The notes under the pieces were generated by a model. It worked only from the letters and a program-made list of their open reading frames with translations. It was not told the origin of the DNA and searched no databases. A DNA stretch of 64,000 nt from Ostrea edulis (taxonomy: Eukaryota): the NCBI RefSeq assembly GCF_947568905.1, contig NC_079164.1:15562001-15626000 (forward strand). Direction: 5' to 3'. Within the stretch, counting starts at the first letter, position 1. The number at the start of each line of letters is the position of its first letter. Of this stretch, positions 38,085 to 51,900 are shown piece by piece. The position numbers were made by a program, and so were the translations under genes.

Positions 38085-41000
38085 TTACATGTGTAAAATC
38101 AAATAATGGACGTATGTTGCGTAAACCCCGAGTCCTAAGCCGGAAGTGTGAGCAAGGCAATCGTCTGAAAATAAAAAGAAAATAAACGAGAGACAATATT
38201 ATTTTGTCACAAAGTCATCGGGCTCAACATTGGTACATATAGTTTATTCGGCAGAAAAAACAAATCTGGCGAATGAATAATTTAAAACATGAATCTGATC
38301 TAATATCCAGATATATTGCCATATACAATGCGGTACAATATTCATGTCATCACATTCATGTATATATAGTACATATTTTTTTTGGATAATATACATGTAT
38401 ACTATACAGTTAATGACATTGTTAAGGCTATTGCTATTCAACCCGAAGAATACTGTACTAAACCAGCTAAACCATCGTATTGATCGAGAAAATGTCAGTA
38501 GTTGTTTTGCTGTTTTTTGTTTTGTTTATTTATTGGGGGGTGGGGGGTTATTGAATAAACCGGCTACAACAGCCTACGAAACAACACCTCTTCAGCCATC
38601 TTTGTTTAGAGCTAAAGTGCAAGACCTAGTCAAGAGTAATTAGAGACGGAATTTTCATTGTACAACAAAAACTAACAACGAATCGTCTCAATTTCGGAAT
38701 TCCCAGTCTATTTTTGGTCAGATTTTGAAAAGATTCACGTTGTTCAGGGCCCGTGGAGGTAAATACAACGTTCTATTTTTTCTACTTTGTTGGATCTCAG
38801 CCAATAACCCCCCCCACCCCCCGGAATTGTTCAATCATATAATGAAGAGTAATATCTATATAATCATGCTAATGTGTATATAGTACAATATTTATATAGT
38901 CATACACACGTATATACGGTGTAATATTTATATAAAGATATAAATGTTTGTATATCATGTTTATATTTGCAGTCCTTACACCTGAGATATAGTAAATGGG
39001 ATAAACATAAAATACACCAATCACCTTTCATTCCCTTTTCTCTCATGAGCTTCCTCATCGTTGGACTAGAAGTTGACCTGTTAATAAATGGAATAATTGT
39101 TTAATACGTACATGTATATATTGAGTCCTTAGGGGTTGTATTCGCTCTTGTATTGCTAATCATTTTTAAAAGGGGGATTTGTTGTTTTTATAGCAAGATT
39201 TACGTAAATGTGACCATCTCTTATGTATAGAGCCGATTTTGAAAAAGGTGGGGATGGGGACCGGGGATCTTTAGATATTTGTTAAAGCTCACACATAAAA
39301 CCGGTGAAAATTTGTACATAACAACATTTCTCTCACCCCCTCCCCTACTCTGATTTTGTTTCCAAATGGTGAGGGAAAATAAACTATAATTATTGTTTCT
39401 GATATCCTTGTATCTGTAAACATTCAATAGCATACATTTACCACCATAATAGCAATAAGTTTATGTAATACGATAGATAAAATGTATTAGTAAAGAATCA
39501 CGGAGGAGGTCGGTAAATTTGCTTTTCAATCTAAATTCTGCTCACCCTAATAATTTTTCCTGTTCCTTTTCGAAAGACTCTTTAGATTCCTGTTCCGCCT
39601 GTATTTTGTATTTCTTAATGGTTGCCGCGGAAATATTTCGATTTTTGAAAACGTCGTTCACCATTTCGTCCGTCAATTTTTCAAGTTCGGGCAAAGTCAT
39701 TCTGAAGCAGCCAAAATGCGTGTCAAGCCAGCGCAGCGTCATCTCCATCCAATCTCTTCGCATAAAATTTTCATATCCCAGAGGTCCGCACAGCACAGCT
39801 GTTCAATAACAAGTAGCACAAGTCAACGAAAAACACAACAGTTAAATAATACATATATACCCGTGAAAAGAAAAACACAACAGTTGAATAATACATATAC
39901 CCGTGAAAATAAAGGGGTACGATTTACATGAGCGTTAAGTAATAGCTATCAGGCTTAAATAAAAAATATGCTCCCCCCCCCCCCAACTATCAGCCACTAC
40001 CCAGCAACCAATGAGGCCGTAGAATAAGAACATTCATCAAAGTACTGAGAGTACTCAGACGGAATACTAAGTAGTAGCAAATGATAGATAAAATTGCTAG
40101 CCTCAGCCTAGCATGGGTAGTAAGAAGGGAAATAACTATTTCTCTATTCATAATAGAGCATACACTAAAATTCGACAAAACTCGCTGAAGAAAAAACATG
40201 CGCTTTGATATTTTTAAATAGAGATAAAAAAAATAGCATCTTTGGAGTCGGGTATTTTTTTTCCACCTGAAGTCGGTCTACAGGGGAAAACAATCAAAAT
40301 TTGCAGTTGCGTCACAAACAAAATACAAATCCTTACAATGAAAATTAACTGACTTACTTTGTTCCAGGAAGAGATCCCGGTTAAATGATTTTATACCCCC
40401 TTTCGAAATCAAGTTCTCCGCCTCTTTATAGATTCTCTTACACATGCGCGTCTGAACATCCCTGACTTTATGTCCATGCAAGTTCTTTTCAACCTGTTCT
40501 AGACAACCTACCTAAAGGAAACCAGATCATCGATTAAGTTATACACAACCTATAGGAAAACAGATCATCGATTAAGTTATACACAACATATAGGAAAACA
40601 GGTCAATGGTTGAGTTATAAAGACCACAGGCACTCAACCACTGGACCTAGAATTATCCTTTTTAGTACATGTAAGTAGAGAGTTCACTCGTCAAGCTAGA
40701 TAGATACCCTGCTAAAAAATCCAGGTTACTGATCAAGGTATCTATTCAACCTCTCTAGAGGACTAAAAATTATAGATATCCGTCCGAAGAAATCAGGCCG
40801 CTGATGAAGATTTAAATTCCCACAAGATTCCGCATGTGTAAAACCTACTCACGTGCTCAATAACGATGAAATAGAGTAACTGATGCGTGATGGCGTAGTG
40901 TGATGTATCGTCTGACGTCATGAAATTCCAGCATTCTGGTGTGACTGTGCAACGAGGAACACTACTAGAAATACAGGACATTTTCACCAGATTACCGTAT

Positions 41001-44000
41001 GTCCGTACCCCCCCCCCAATCAACAACAATCAAACAGATACACGTACGCAATGTTCAATCATTAGCAGTGGCAGATTTAGAGGGGGCGCAACCGGCGCCC
41101 CCCCCCCCTAAAATTTTCAAATTTAAGGTAAATCGCGGTATCTTGTTTCAGAAAATGTACTAAACGATAAAAGAAGCAATAATTTCTTCCGCTCCCGGAG
41201 AAATAAATGACAAAATCCTTTGATTTCTTGAATTACTTTGTTGGGAGAACTTAATTTTTTCCAAAAAAACCCTTAAAATTTGGGTCATTTTATTAATTTC
41301 ACCTTATTAAAATGATAGAAAATAGTACAAATGACTTAATAGGAGAAATATTTCAAGCCCCATAAAATATGTAAAATTCGGGAGTTTCCGGGGGCTTCGC
41401 CCCCTGGACCCCCCACCAGGGCTTCGCCTTGCACCCACTGCCTCATAAAGTAGCCCCTCCCCCCCCCCCCCCCCCGTAACCACAATTCCGAGATCTGCCC
41501 CTGATTAGGGAGAGGGCTCATATAGGCTAAGCCTGCTGCCCACTCCCATTAATTTATTGAATGTTCGATCGTGTCGTCTCCGGCTGTCATCGTTTCAATC
41601 ACAGCGTGTTACTTCGCTTGATTGAACATGCAAATTGGCCATTTGGTTTCAATAAGAGAGTTTGGATCGGTCACTGAGAACAAAAGTAAAACGCATTTAA
41701 TTGAAATCTTTGAGAAGCCTGACCCAAAACATTGCACGTTCGAACAGGCAAAGTGATATGCTGCATGTTATTGGAACGATAGTAATTCAGAAAAGGACCT
41801 CCTCAAATACAATACGGTCCGAACTGTCAGAATTGAAATAAATTAAATATACCTGCATGACCGATTTATCTATTTAAATTCTTTTTTTGGTTGGTCGTTC
41901 GTTGGAAAGGACCGAGGAGTTGCGAATGTTCACCTGTTAAATGTTCCCATTACTCTGGCGTAACAAGCATCCCCATAATCTTCATTATAGGATGAATTAG
42001 TCCCAAGAGTGACGGATCTCAGGTCTGTCTCCTTAAACTGCACAGGTATATAGGGGAGGATCCAAGCTTTGCCGATCGTTTGGAGGAAGCGCTCGTAGTA
42101 GGCTGGGTCTGACTGTTTGACATACGGGAGGGCCTTGTCCGAGGTATCTCCGATTTTTGATTCCATGTTCTTAAGTTTGGACAGATATTGACTGGAACAT
42201 GCAGAACTCTCGTGACACCTCTCCACAGCTGACGTCATCTGACCTACATTATCAATAAGAAATGAGCGAGATACGCTTCAATCTTATTTTTTCAAAATCC
42301 TAAATTTCTTAGGTTTAGATAACCGTGTAACAGTTGCATAGTTAATTCATTAACATGTGAATAATACTTATACATGTACTTTAAATCACAATCTATCCAT
42401 GTCCAGCGCCAAATTAACATAAACTAAAATCTATGAAGATTTCTTTATTTATTTAAAGATATCATCAATTTATTTGATGCGTGCAACAATTCAACTATGG
42501 ATATCTTCCAACAACTTATTACATTATCAATTCTGAATTATTGCGCGCATTATTTGAATTCTTGATAGCATTAAATATTTTATTGAATTGATGAGCGCTA
42601 TATTTGAATTGAAGGTGTCTTCAGGTGACTAAATTATACACGTACTTCAATCGATTGAACCCACCCCCCATCCCTCCCCAATTCCTTAAATAAACCTTCG
42701 AAATTTTATTTAATATGTTCTTTACAGCACAGAATAAACAGTATTAAGGGATATCATACTATAAAGTCCAAGTAAATCAAATTTTGTTGATTCCAATCAT
42801 TTTGCTTTCTTGAATGATGAAAAACCTCTCTGAATTTAAAATGTCTTACCCCCAATCCAAATCAACTTAGTTTTGCTGAAATTCATTTGACGCCCAAATA
42901 CACATGCGTAATACTCCAGCAATCTCATTATCCCATCTACCGCGGAGAATAATAATAAATTCTTTTATTTAGACGGGATACTCTACTTATATTAATGATT
43001 TACACCTGGCAAATTCTTTACTGAGATCCATACAAAGGAAACACCTGTTAATCTGCCATTGTCTATGTTACTTGACCATTTATCAATGTGATTGATTGTA
43101 TATTGTTTAACGTCACACTCGACAATTTTCCCCTCATATGGATACGTCACCATTGTCGATGAAGGGCTGTAAAATTTAGGCCTACGCTCGGCGGTTACGG
43201 CCTTCGAGCAGGGAGGGATTTTATTGTGTCACATCTGCTGTGACATGGGGCATCGGTTTTTGCGGTCTCATCCAAAGGACCGCCCCATTTAGTTGCCTCT
43301 TACGACAAGCAAGGGGGTACTGAGACCTATTCACACCCGGATCCCCACTGGATCCATTTATCAATAATGCTATGAAGTGTCCATTCACATCTGAAACCGG
43401 ATAGAGGTTCAGTTATCATATTATTTCCAAATACTCGTAAAATGAGTTAAACGTGCCTTGTTATAATTTTGCCGACAATTGAGAACCGTCAGTTATTAGT
43501 GAAGTGGCATCAGAATATTGGGATCTTTATATTCTTCACCATTTAAAAAACGACAACACTTTTTGTCTTTATCATTTCTAATTAGTATACCAGGTATTTC
43601 TGCATAGTCGATAATAGATACGGAAATATAGGATCTCCTTGTCTACATCCCCTCGTCAGAAGACATCCACAATATAGTTAACCAGAAAAAAGTTAGTCAA
43701 TAACTTTTGATGAAAAATATTGCACTAATCTCGCAGTTTGGCGACAGGAAGTCATTTTAATTAGGGAAGCAAATTACGTCCTAAGTTTATGGTTCTTTAG
43801 ACGAATAGTGATAAGTTCGGTAATATTATCTACCTGCATGTATTTTAAACATTTGAGAAATATATGAACTGTAGTAAATGGGATGGTGAGAATTCAATTG
43901 AAGCACATGGTAAATGTAAGATCAAATTACCACCTGCTCCAAACAATTGATCTGCTCCGAACATAAGGCAGGCATAACCTATATGCACTGTATATACATT

Positions 44001-44782
44001 TTAATCAATTTCTCCAATCTTTACGTCTAAACTATTTCCCCCTGTATTTTCATTTCAACCTGTTTTCTCCTTTATTTAAAGTTTAAGCTGTTTTCTCCGA
44101 TATTCATTCTTCATTTGTTTTCTCCCTTGCGGTTTCTCTTAAATATTTTGGCCTAGACCTGTCTTCTCCTATATTTACATTTTTTCTATATTTTTCATGC
44201 TTAAAATTGACAAATTCGACATTATCTCTAGTCACCGGACAAGATACTCGAACATTTAAACTCAATTTACTTCACAATACATGTTATTGTATTCATTTAT
44301 AGATTTGACCTACCCTAATTGACATTTCACATGACTCTGTATTATTCAGAGTGGAATTGTGACCCCCCCCCCCAAAAAAAAAGAGAGAAAGACAAAAAGC
44401 AAACTCAAACGTCGCCCGTCATTTTCTGAAAATGGCACACACGTTCTCCTCCATGCCATTGATAAGAATTCGTTATCACCCCAAAAACTTGTCACGTTTT
44501 CAGCATGAAGTCTTATTAAAAGTCGAACAATAAAATGTAAAATTTTGGAAGGAGTGCCTACCACACAGACGTATCGTATATTGCATGACAATTCCACAAC
44601 GTACCTTGTGCCATACGTAGACCAAACAGGCCATCCACGTTAATGTCGCTGTAGTCCGAGGCAAAGAAGTCGATCTGTTTTTCCAGATTGTACAGGACCT
44701 TCCCGAACAGATCATCGCCCGAGTCCACCAGGAGCCCCGAGGCCCCAAACACACAAAGGGCGACAACTAAAGTCCCTATCAT
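38085..44782 (-). CDS. C16orf89: UPF0764 / C16orf89-like secreted protein (379 aa)
   Basis: Exons 44605-44782, 41934-42243, 40853-40964, 40358-40511, 39546-39798, 39025-39077, 38085-38164, all phase-compatible. Signal peptide plus motifs INVDGLFGLR, SDPAYYERF, YAITHQLLYF, MCKRIY, RDLFLEQ, LRWLDTHFGCF and DDCLAHTSG match the C16orf89 family. Confidence 0.9.
41066..41503. mobile_element. MITE with CAG...CTG termini and 5-bp TSD (ATTAG) in C16orf89-like intron 2
   Basis: attag|CAGTGGCAGATTT ... AGATCTGCCCCTG|attag. Confidence 0.75.
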
Positions 44783-45837
44783 GATGGCAGCGGTGCAAAC
44801 GTATTAAACAGTGCTGTGTTGTCAACGCGTTATCTCTCTATCAGTAGACCAAGTCATATGATATCGGGCTCACTAAGATTACACCCTCCCCACATAATCT
44901 ATAGACTCAGAATCCAATTTCTCAGTAAAGCTACAATCGTGTATTGTTTGAATGTTTCCGTATTCTGACGTTACATCATCCTATCTTTAATTATCTGTTC
45001 TTTTGATTTGTTTGAATTTTTTTAACAAGTTTTCACTGCACGCGCGGAGGTTATTTGGTGCAGAAAATCGAGAAAACCGTTTGTTACACCAGAAAATAGG
45101 AATTGGGGATGTTCTAAACGCAGTAATAATCGACGAAATTTACCGCTTTCAGACTTATTATATAGTCCTACTCAACCATTTTAAAAAGCTCGTTCTCAAT
45201 CGCTCAAGTTATTACCTCACCTAAGCACAAAACTATTGATTTTATTTAAAATAAGCATCATCATGTCATGTATAAATTCAATCTTTGTTCTCTTTCTTCA
45301 GAGACCCGGGGCACAATAGGAGTATATAATATATAGGTATGTGCTGTTGTGGTCTATTTTCGATTTCCTCCCAAGAACCACTGGGCTAATTTAAGGTATT
45401 CAATGTGAAGGAGATTGAATAATTTTGAGCGATTTAAATCAAAATAAATGTTTAGTGTTAGATAATAATGAAAGTGAAATAGACCAAATTCACTCGACTG
45501 ATAAATGATTGGGAGTCGAGATTTTTGCACTTGAAACATTTTGGAAGTTTTCCGCCCTTGATGAAAATAAGAAAAATCTAATTTTCTAAAAATATCTGCA
45601 GTAAATGATTAATTTTATTTCATAATTTTGTAAAGAGACAGTTTATGCAACTTTTTACCAAGAGATTTGTATGAAAACACTATTTCTTTTAAAAAATAGT
45701 TTAATAAAACATGATCTTCCCATTGACTTCAATGTAAAAGTCAAGGTGAAATTTATCAAGCAGTAATCAATATTTAGTAAATTCCTATGGTGGATTATTT
45801 TATTTGATAAACTCTTCAAAATGATACCATGGTTATA

Positions 45838-47545
45838 ACAAGAGGCCCATGGGCCTTAACTGTCACCTGAGTATCATAGCCCATATCTGGAGTCTTTTGT
45901 GTACATGTTTATGGTATTTCAAAATATGCATAAATTCCTATTCAATTACAGAAGAAAAATGGAAGTTTGAAGTATATAAATCATCTTGACCCCCCCCCCC
46001 CCCCCCCTCCCCAGTCTATACTAGACCCATGGGCCGTGAATTGCACAATTTGAGAAGAGGACACTAGAACCATACATTTAGTTCATCTCCCATAACTGTA
46101 AAAGTAGATATGAAAAAAAAGAAGATTTTATACATTTTCTTATGTGGCCATACAGGCCCTGCCCATGGGCTTCAATCCCTGACCCAGGAAGCACAAATTT
46201 CTCAATTTAGGTAGAGAGCTTCATGGACATAATAATCATGCATTTAGTTCTTTTCAAATATATATGGGATTAGAGAATAATATTCTTTAAAGAATTAAAA
46301 CATTTTTCACTATATGGCCATATTGCCCACCCTAGGGCCTGAACCCCTGACTCTGGAACCATGAATTTCACAATTTAGGTACATGTAGATAGCTTCATGG
46401 ACATCATAATCATGCATTTAACATTTTTCAAATATATATGGGAGTAGAGAAAAATTTCCAAGATTAATACATTTTCACTATATGACCACATTGGCCCCAC
46501 CCTAGGGCCTAAACCCCTGACCCAGGAATTTCACTATTTAGGTAGATAGCTTCATGGAGATCACATTCATGCATTTTTTCTCAATACAAATGGGTTTTCC
46601 AAGATTTTATATATATGTTCACTATATGGTCATTTTAGTCCTGCCCTAGGGGCTGAACCCCTGACCCAGGGGCCATAAATTTCACAATTTTGATAGAGGG
46701 CTTCATGAACATCATAACCATACATTCAGTTTTTCTCCCACATCTGTGGAGATGGAGAAATTTTTTGAAAATATGGCCTTTTTAAGCATATTTGGTCCCA
46801 CCCTGGTGACCCATGTGGCCCCAAGGGTGGAAAGGTAATAAATTTTACCATTTATAGAGGGCGAAGCCCCCTCACGGCCCAAAGGGCTGTGAGAGCGGAG
46901 CTCTCCCTATAGGTAACACGTATATACATGTTTAAAAGGAAAATATAGAAAACTAATGAAAAATTAAACCATACCTATGGAACTTGAAAATTTTGGTCCC
47001 AATGGCGTCGATTCGAATACTATCGCGTGAACATGTATTTCTCTATTTTGAATCTCGTGTACTTAAGTTCACGTTATTCTGAGATGTTACATAAAATCCA
47101 TAAAAGCATGTAAATCTTATTTTCTTAGTCATATATAATCACTCCTCGATTTAAAACGCGAATTATACGTTTCCTATGTTTGTGTATTTGCTAAACACCG
47201 ACGCTGAATATGACGTCACAATGCACTGTTTTCATCAGTTGCATAACGTTTCCCGCGTTCAATGAATAGGCGGATCAAAAATGTCTAAAGTTAGAATACC
47301 TTGATTGAGCTCCCTCTTCACACGTTAGGTGCTAATATTGCGGGATATTTTTTGTCCTGTTATGGATCTAGATACTAATGCCAATATTTTTTGCTTCGCC
47401 CTCAAACACGGTCACGCCGTAAGACATATTATTCTTCTTATCTTAGAAATGCTTCACACCAAAAATGGTTGTAGTTTTCAAGAAGTTAAAAATGTAAAGT
47501 TGTAAATGGATGTCGACGTATGAAGACCAATGGCAGGTGACCTAA
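45838..47545 (+). mobile_element. Helentron/HINE-like element with ~150-165-bp internal repeats and a nested insert (~46855-47420)
   Basis: ACAAGAGGCCCATGGGCCTTAAC...CACCTGAG start, with repeated CCCCTGACCCAGG / AGAGCTTCATGGACATCATAA units. Confidence 0.6.
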
Positions 47546-47879
47546 AAATATTGATGTGAATGATCAGTATGCATCGATTACCTTAAAGCTAACTTAGCAA
47601 ATTTTTATATAGAGTAAAGATTGACCAAATCACAAACCCACTAGTCAGGATGGGGTTGGAATTTAAAGATTTAAAATCTTATATCAAATTAAATATTGGA
47701 AAAATGTTTTAAATTCTCATTCTCCCAAAACACTTCGATAAAATTTTACTGTGAATATGCAAGTATTCTCATGCCATGTATATTCAATTTTTTTCTCTCT
47801 TCAAATCTTGTCCCCAGAGCCAGGGCACAATATGAGTTTATACAATCTTTACATAGGAACAAATTTTAAGAACATGAAT

Positions 47880-48135
47880 GTGACTGGACAAATCAACAAC
47901 AAAGGTACAATCGGTCAAATCATCTACATGGGTATGATTAGTGAAATTAACAATATGGCTACGATTGGTCTAATTAACAACATGGCTACGATTGGTCAAA
48001 TTAACAACATGGCTACGATTGGTCAAATTAACAACATGCCTATGATTGGTCAAATTAACGAGACAGTGAAATTGACTATATGGCTACAACTTGTCAAAGT
48101 AGCGAGACGGTGAAACTGACTACATGGGTACAAAT
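47880..48135. repeat. 27-bp degenerate tandem repeat (ATTAACAACATGGCTACGATTGGTCAA)
   Basis: Read directly. It produces the NNMATIGQI pattern of ORF 47751-48113. Confidence 0.85.
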
Positions 48136-48954
48136 CAACATCATCTAACACTACAGCATCATCACAAATATTGTACTAGTAAACAAAATCCAATTTTCTT
48201 GCAAATATCCACAAGTTATATCCTACACACATTGAAACATACAAAACTGCTACTGATGTCATTCAGAAAAGCCTCGTTTTGAACTTTGTTACTTCTATAC
48301 ATTCGATAATGATGAATGGCTAACTTTGACGGTGTGCTGGCACAGAAAAAAAAAAAGAAAATCAACTTTTTGACATCCATACATATTGCCAATCAATCTG
48401 TTCTTGAATACGTTAAGAAAGTTTCAATATATATTTTAGAGTAACTGAGCCTTATTTTGACTGCAGCATTGATCATCCATATTTTTAAATGGGATTACAC
48501 AAAAAGAAGAGTTAGGTACTTTAGATGTCTTCTTTATTAATCATATACAAAATGTTTATTTCTGTTAAAAAAAGAATATTTTTGTACAAAATGTATACAA
48601 AGTTGACTACCATATTAGAGTTCCAGATCTGTACTCGTCAGAGTTCCACAGCTGGAAGTTTTGATGACAGCAGCCTTTCTTTAACAAAGCTGGGAATAAT
48701 ACAATCACAATCAATCATGAATAAATCCATGAATATTCACCGTGTTTCCACTAACAAGTTCATGAATCACACCCTGTTTGTTTTTTCTTTGATGATGAGT
48801 TCAATCAAATAGCCAGCTCTCTTCATACACTGGCCATTGAGGACAACCTCCATAAGAAAACAGGGAGGAAGAGAGCTCTCAGTCCCATCTGTTGATGATT
48901 TTACATAAATAAAAACTTCTTATGTACTAATCTCCCTCATGTACATTCTCAGGA

Positions 48955-51900
48955 TCATCGTTCATCAAACAATGGTGTGGAATCTCCTGCAGTATATCCC
49001 TCATGTCTGGGGCTGGGCCGGGGGGAGGGCCTCACTCCCCGTGGGCTCTGTCCATGCCTTGGTGTACTGGGCTTCGTGGAACCCGATCTCTTAGCCCACA
49101 TCTGGGCAGCTTTGGCCCAGTCCATGCCTGCTGTGCTAGGTCCTGCTCTTGGAGTCTGTCCTTGATGTTGGGGAGTTGTAGAACCTGAAAAACAGGCATA
49201 CACAATTCATCAGTACAACAGCACGCTAAACAATGGGTATACCAAATAAAGTATGAAAAATGTAACTACAAAATTTACAATATGCATTACTTCTTATAAC
49301 ATGATTTCATTTTATTGCTGTTTAAAACATTCACAGTCCAGATAACTGTCTTAGAGTTTTGCTACTATTAATATACTAAAATTTCTGTCTATCCCAGACA
49401 TTCATTCAGATTAATGTGATGCTACATTCAGATTAATGTGATGCTACATTCAGATTAATGTGTCTACTTACCCATTCGAGGTGTAGCTTTGGGGGTTACT
49501 CCAGGCCAGGCAGGAGTAGTGGCAGCCCGTGGGGTGGGGCGATAGGAGGGGGTCTGGGCAGGCTGATTGGCAGGTGTTGTCATGGGATGTGAAGGAGTCA
49601 TCATAGGGGTCATCAAGGGCGTTCCCATCGGCTATAAAAATCGTCATGGAAACATTATATTGGTATGAAAAGACAGTGTGGCAGAGATATTTCTGTATAT
49701 GCATATCAGTATTTTTTTGTTGTGCTAAATAAAACTCCTATATCAATAAACACTACTAGTTATTGTAATTTGAGAAATCATTAATTGCTGTAAAGAAATT
49801 TGTTTTAGTGATGTAATTGTTTAAAACTGCTCAATAATTCATGATTTGGGACAATTTTAATACTGTACACTTGTATCAAGCACACTAAGAGTGCTGAAAC
49901 ATCTTGATGTTAGTAAAGAAATAAAGCATTTCAATTCAATAGACTCAATTTCATTAACACACCCAGTACAAAACCCACTGAAAGACAAAAATGTTTTCTT
50001 AATAAATAGCACCTACAGATTGAGTTGAGAATTAGTTTCAGCTGAAGTACTGGTCTATGTATAGAAGGGTTTAATTTCTTTTATCATTCTTCTCATACTT
50101 GTCATTTCTGCTATACAGGTCCTCAATTTGAAGAACCATGTTATCTTATATCATTACAGAGGTCAAAATCTGGACAAAAGCAGATCCACCCCACTAAATA
50201 TTCATCATTCATCTTGTATATGCTTTTATGTCATTGCTTCTCAATAACTAAAATTCTTCAGATTTATTGAAGGCGACCTGATACATTACGTTGACTGAAG
50301 ACAACCTGATACATTAAGTTGATTGAAGGCGACCTGATACATTAAGTTGACTGTTAAAGTTTTAAAGCAGAAAACCCTTGTCTGACAGGCCATTTATGTC
50401 ATTTAGTAATGATAAAACCAAAATAAAGTTAGATTAGATTAAAACTAAAAACGTCTGTCAAAATTGAGTCCTCGAAAGTTTTAAACTGAATTCTACCACC
50501 CTACAACTCTCAGACAACATTCATTCCTTTTGACAATCAATGCGCAGAAGTGCTGGACATTATAATAACCAATATAAAATTCTGAAATCAGGGGCAATAA
50601 CTCTAATTGAATATCATAAGCTTTTGAAGTGCATTGGGCCTTCTTAGTATTCACATAATGCATACAGCTTCTGCAATAAAACTGACCACATTAAAGTTAT
50701 TGAAGTTCCCAGCAACTTGTGGGGTTGCCCCTGGTGTGACTCCCGGCGTCATTCTCGCTACCCGAGGTGTGGCACTAGCAACCTGGGCCAATGTGTTGTA
50801 GATGTTGCTAGGCAACCCAGCGGCAGCTCTATGGATTGTTGCTGCGTCAACACCTGAAAAAACCCCACCAAAAACGTACAGCCTGGACAAAAAAAACAAC
50901 AATCCAATACAGAACGGACAAGTAAAAAATACACACAAAAGAAACAAAAAACAAAAAAAACCCAAAACCATTTTTAGTTCTCCCATTGAGGATAAGGTGA
51001 AATACGTAAAAAATAAAATGAGGGTAAAAGATTCTGTGTACCCAGTGTCTTTAAGACATCTAAACCTATGTTTTATCCTACCTTGGAGATTGATGCTAGG
51101 TGTGGCAAAGTTAGAGCCTGGTACTGGGGTTCTGGTACTGGCAGGGGTACCTGTTAAAATAGGAAAATAATGTGCAACCATCAGAACATGGGAGTAATCA
51201 CAACAGACTGTACTACTGACCCCAGTGATGTACAAAAAGTTTTAAATTTTCTGACATGAGAAATCTCGTAAACCTTAGACCTAAAAGTGTGCTTAAAAAC
51301 CTCCTGAATTTACAACACACAGCAATGTCTTCTCTCCCTGTAATGGTTATAAAAAAAAAGAGGACTTAAACCAGTGATCCTTCAACTGCTATATACCCTT
51401 GAGATGGGATTTTAAAATGTATTTCTAAAATTTATAATGTTTCAAAAGGAGTGGAAAGTAAAATGAAAGTGAAATCTTGACCTGGGATGAAAGTAAATCT
51501 TGACCTGGGATGAAAGTGAAATCTTTACCTGGGATGGGGTCCCTGAAGTGTTCCTTGAACCATCGCATCAGAGAGTTCAGAGAGTGGAAGTTTTGTTGTC
51601 GGTAGCGCAGTCCGTCTGGCGTGATAGATATATACTCGTGCCGTGGCTTAATGCGGGGCATATACGACAGGAGAATCTTCCCCGGGTACTGCTTTACCAG
51701 AGACAGGAGATAAGGAATCCTGTAACAGGGATAACTATTTAGCTGTTTATCAAAACCTTTATAAATCAAGTCAAACACAGTGTATGTTAATGATTTTTTT
51801 TAACTTAATACACAGATTCAAGTTTTGTATTAGGCCATCATTTAAAATATTTTTGTTTGATGTACTCCGACCCCCAAATTTTTCAAGGTGGGTCGGTAGG

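Noticed and set aside
39542-39544. TGA at 39542 as the end of the C16orf89-like gene
   Set aside because: A donor at 39546 and two further phase-compatible exons supply the conserved C-terminal DxCxxH motif.
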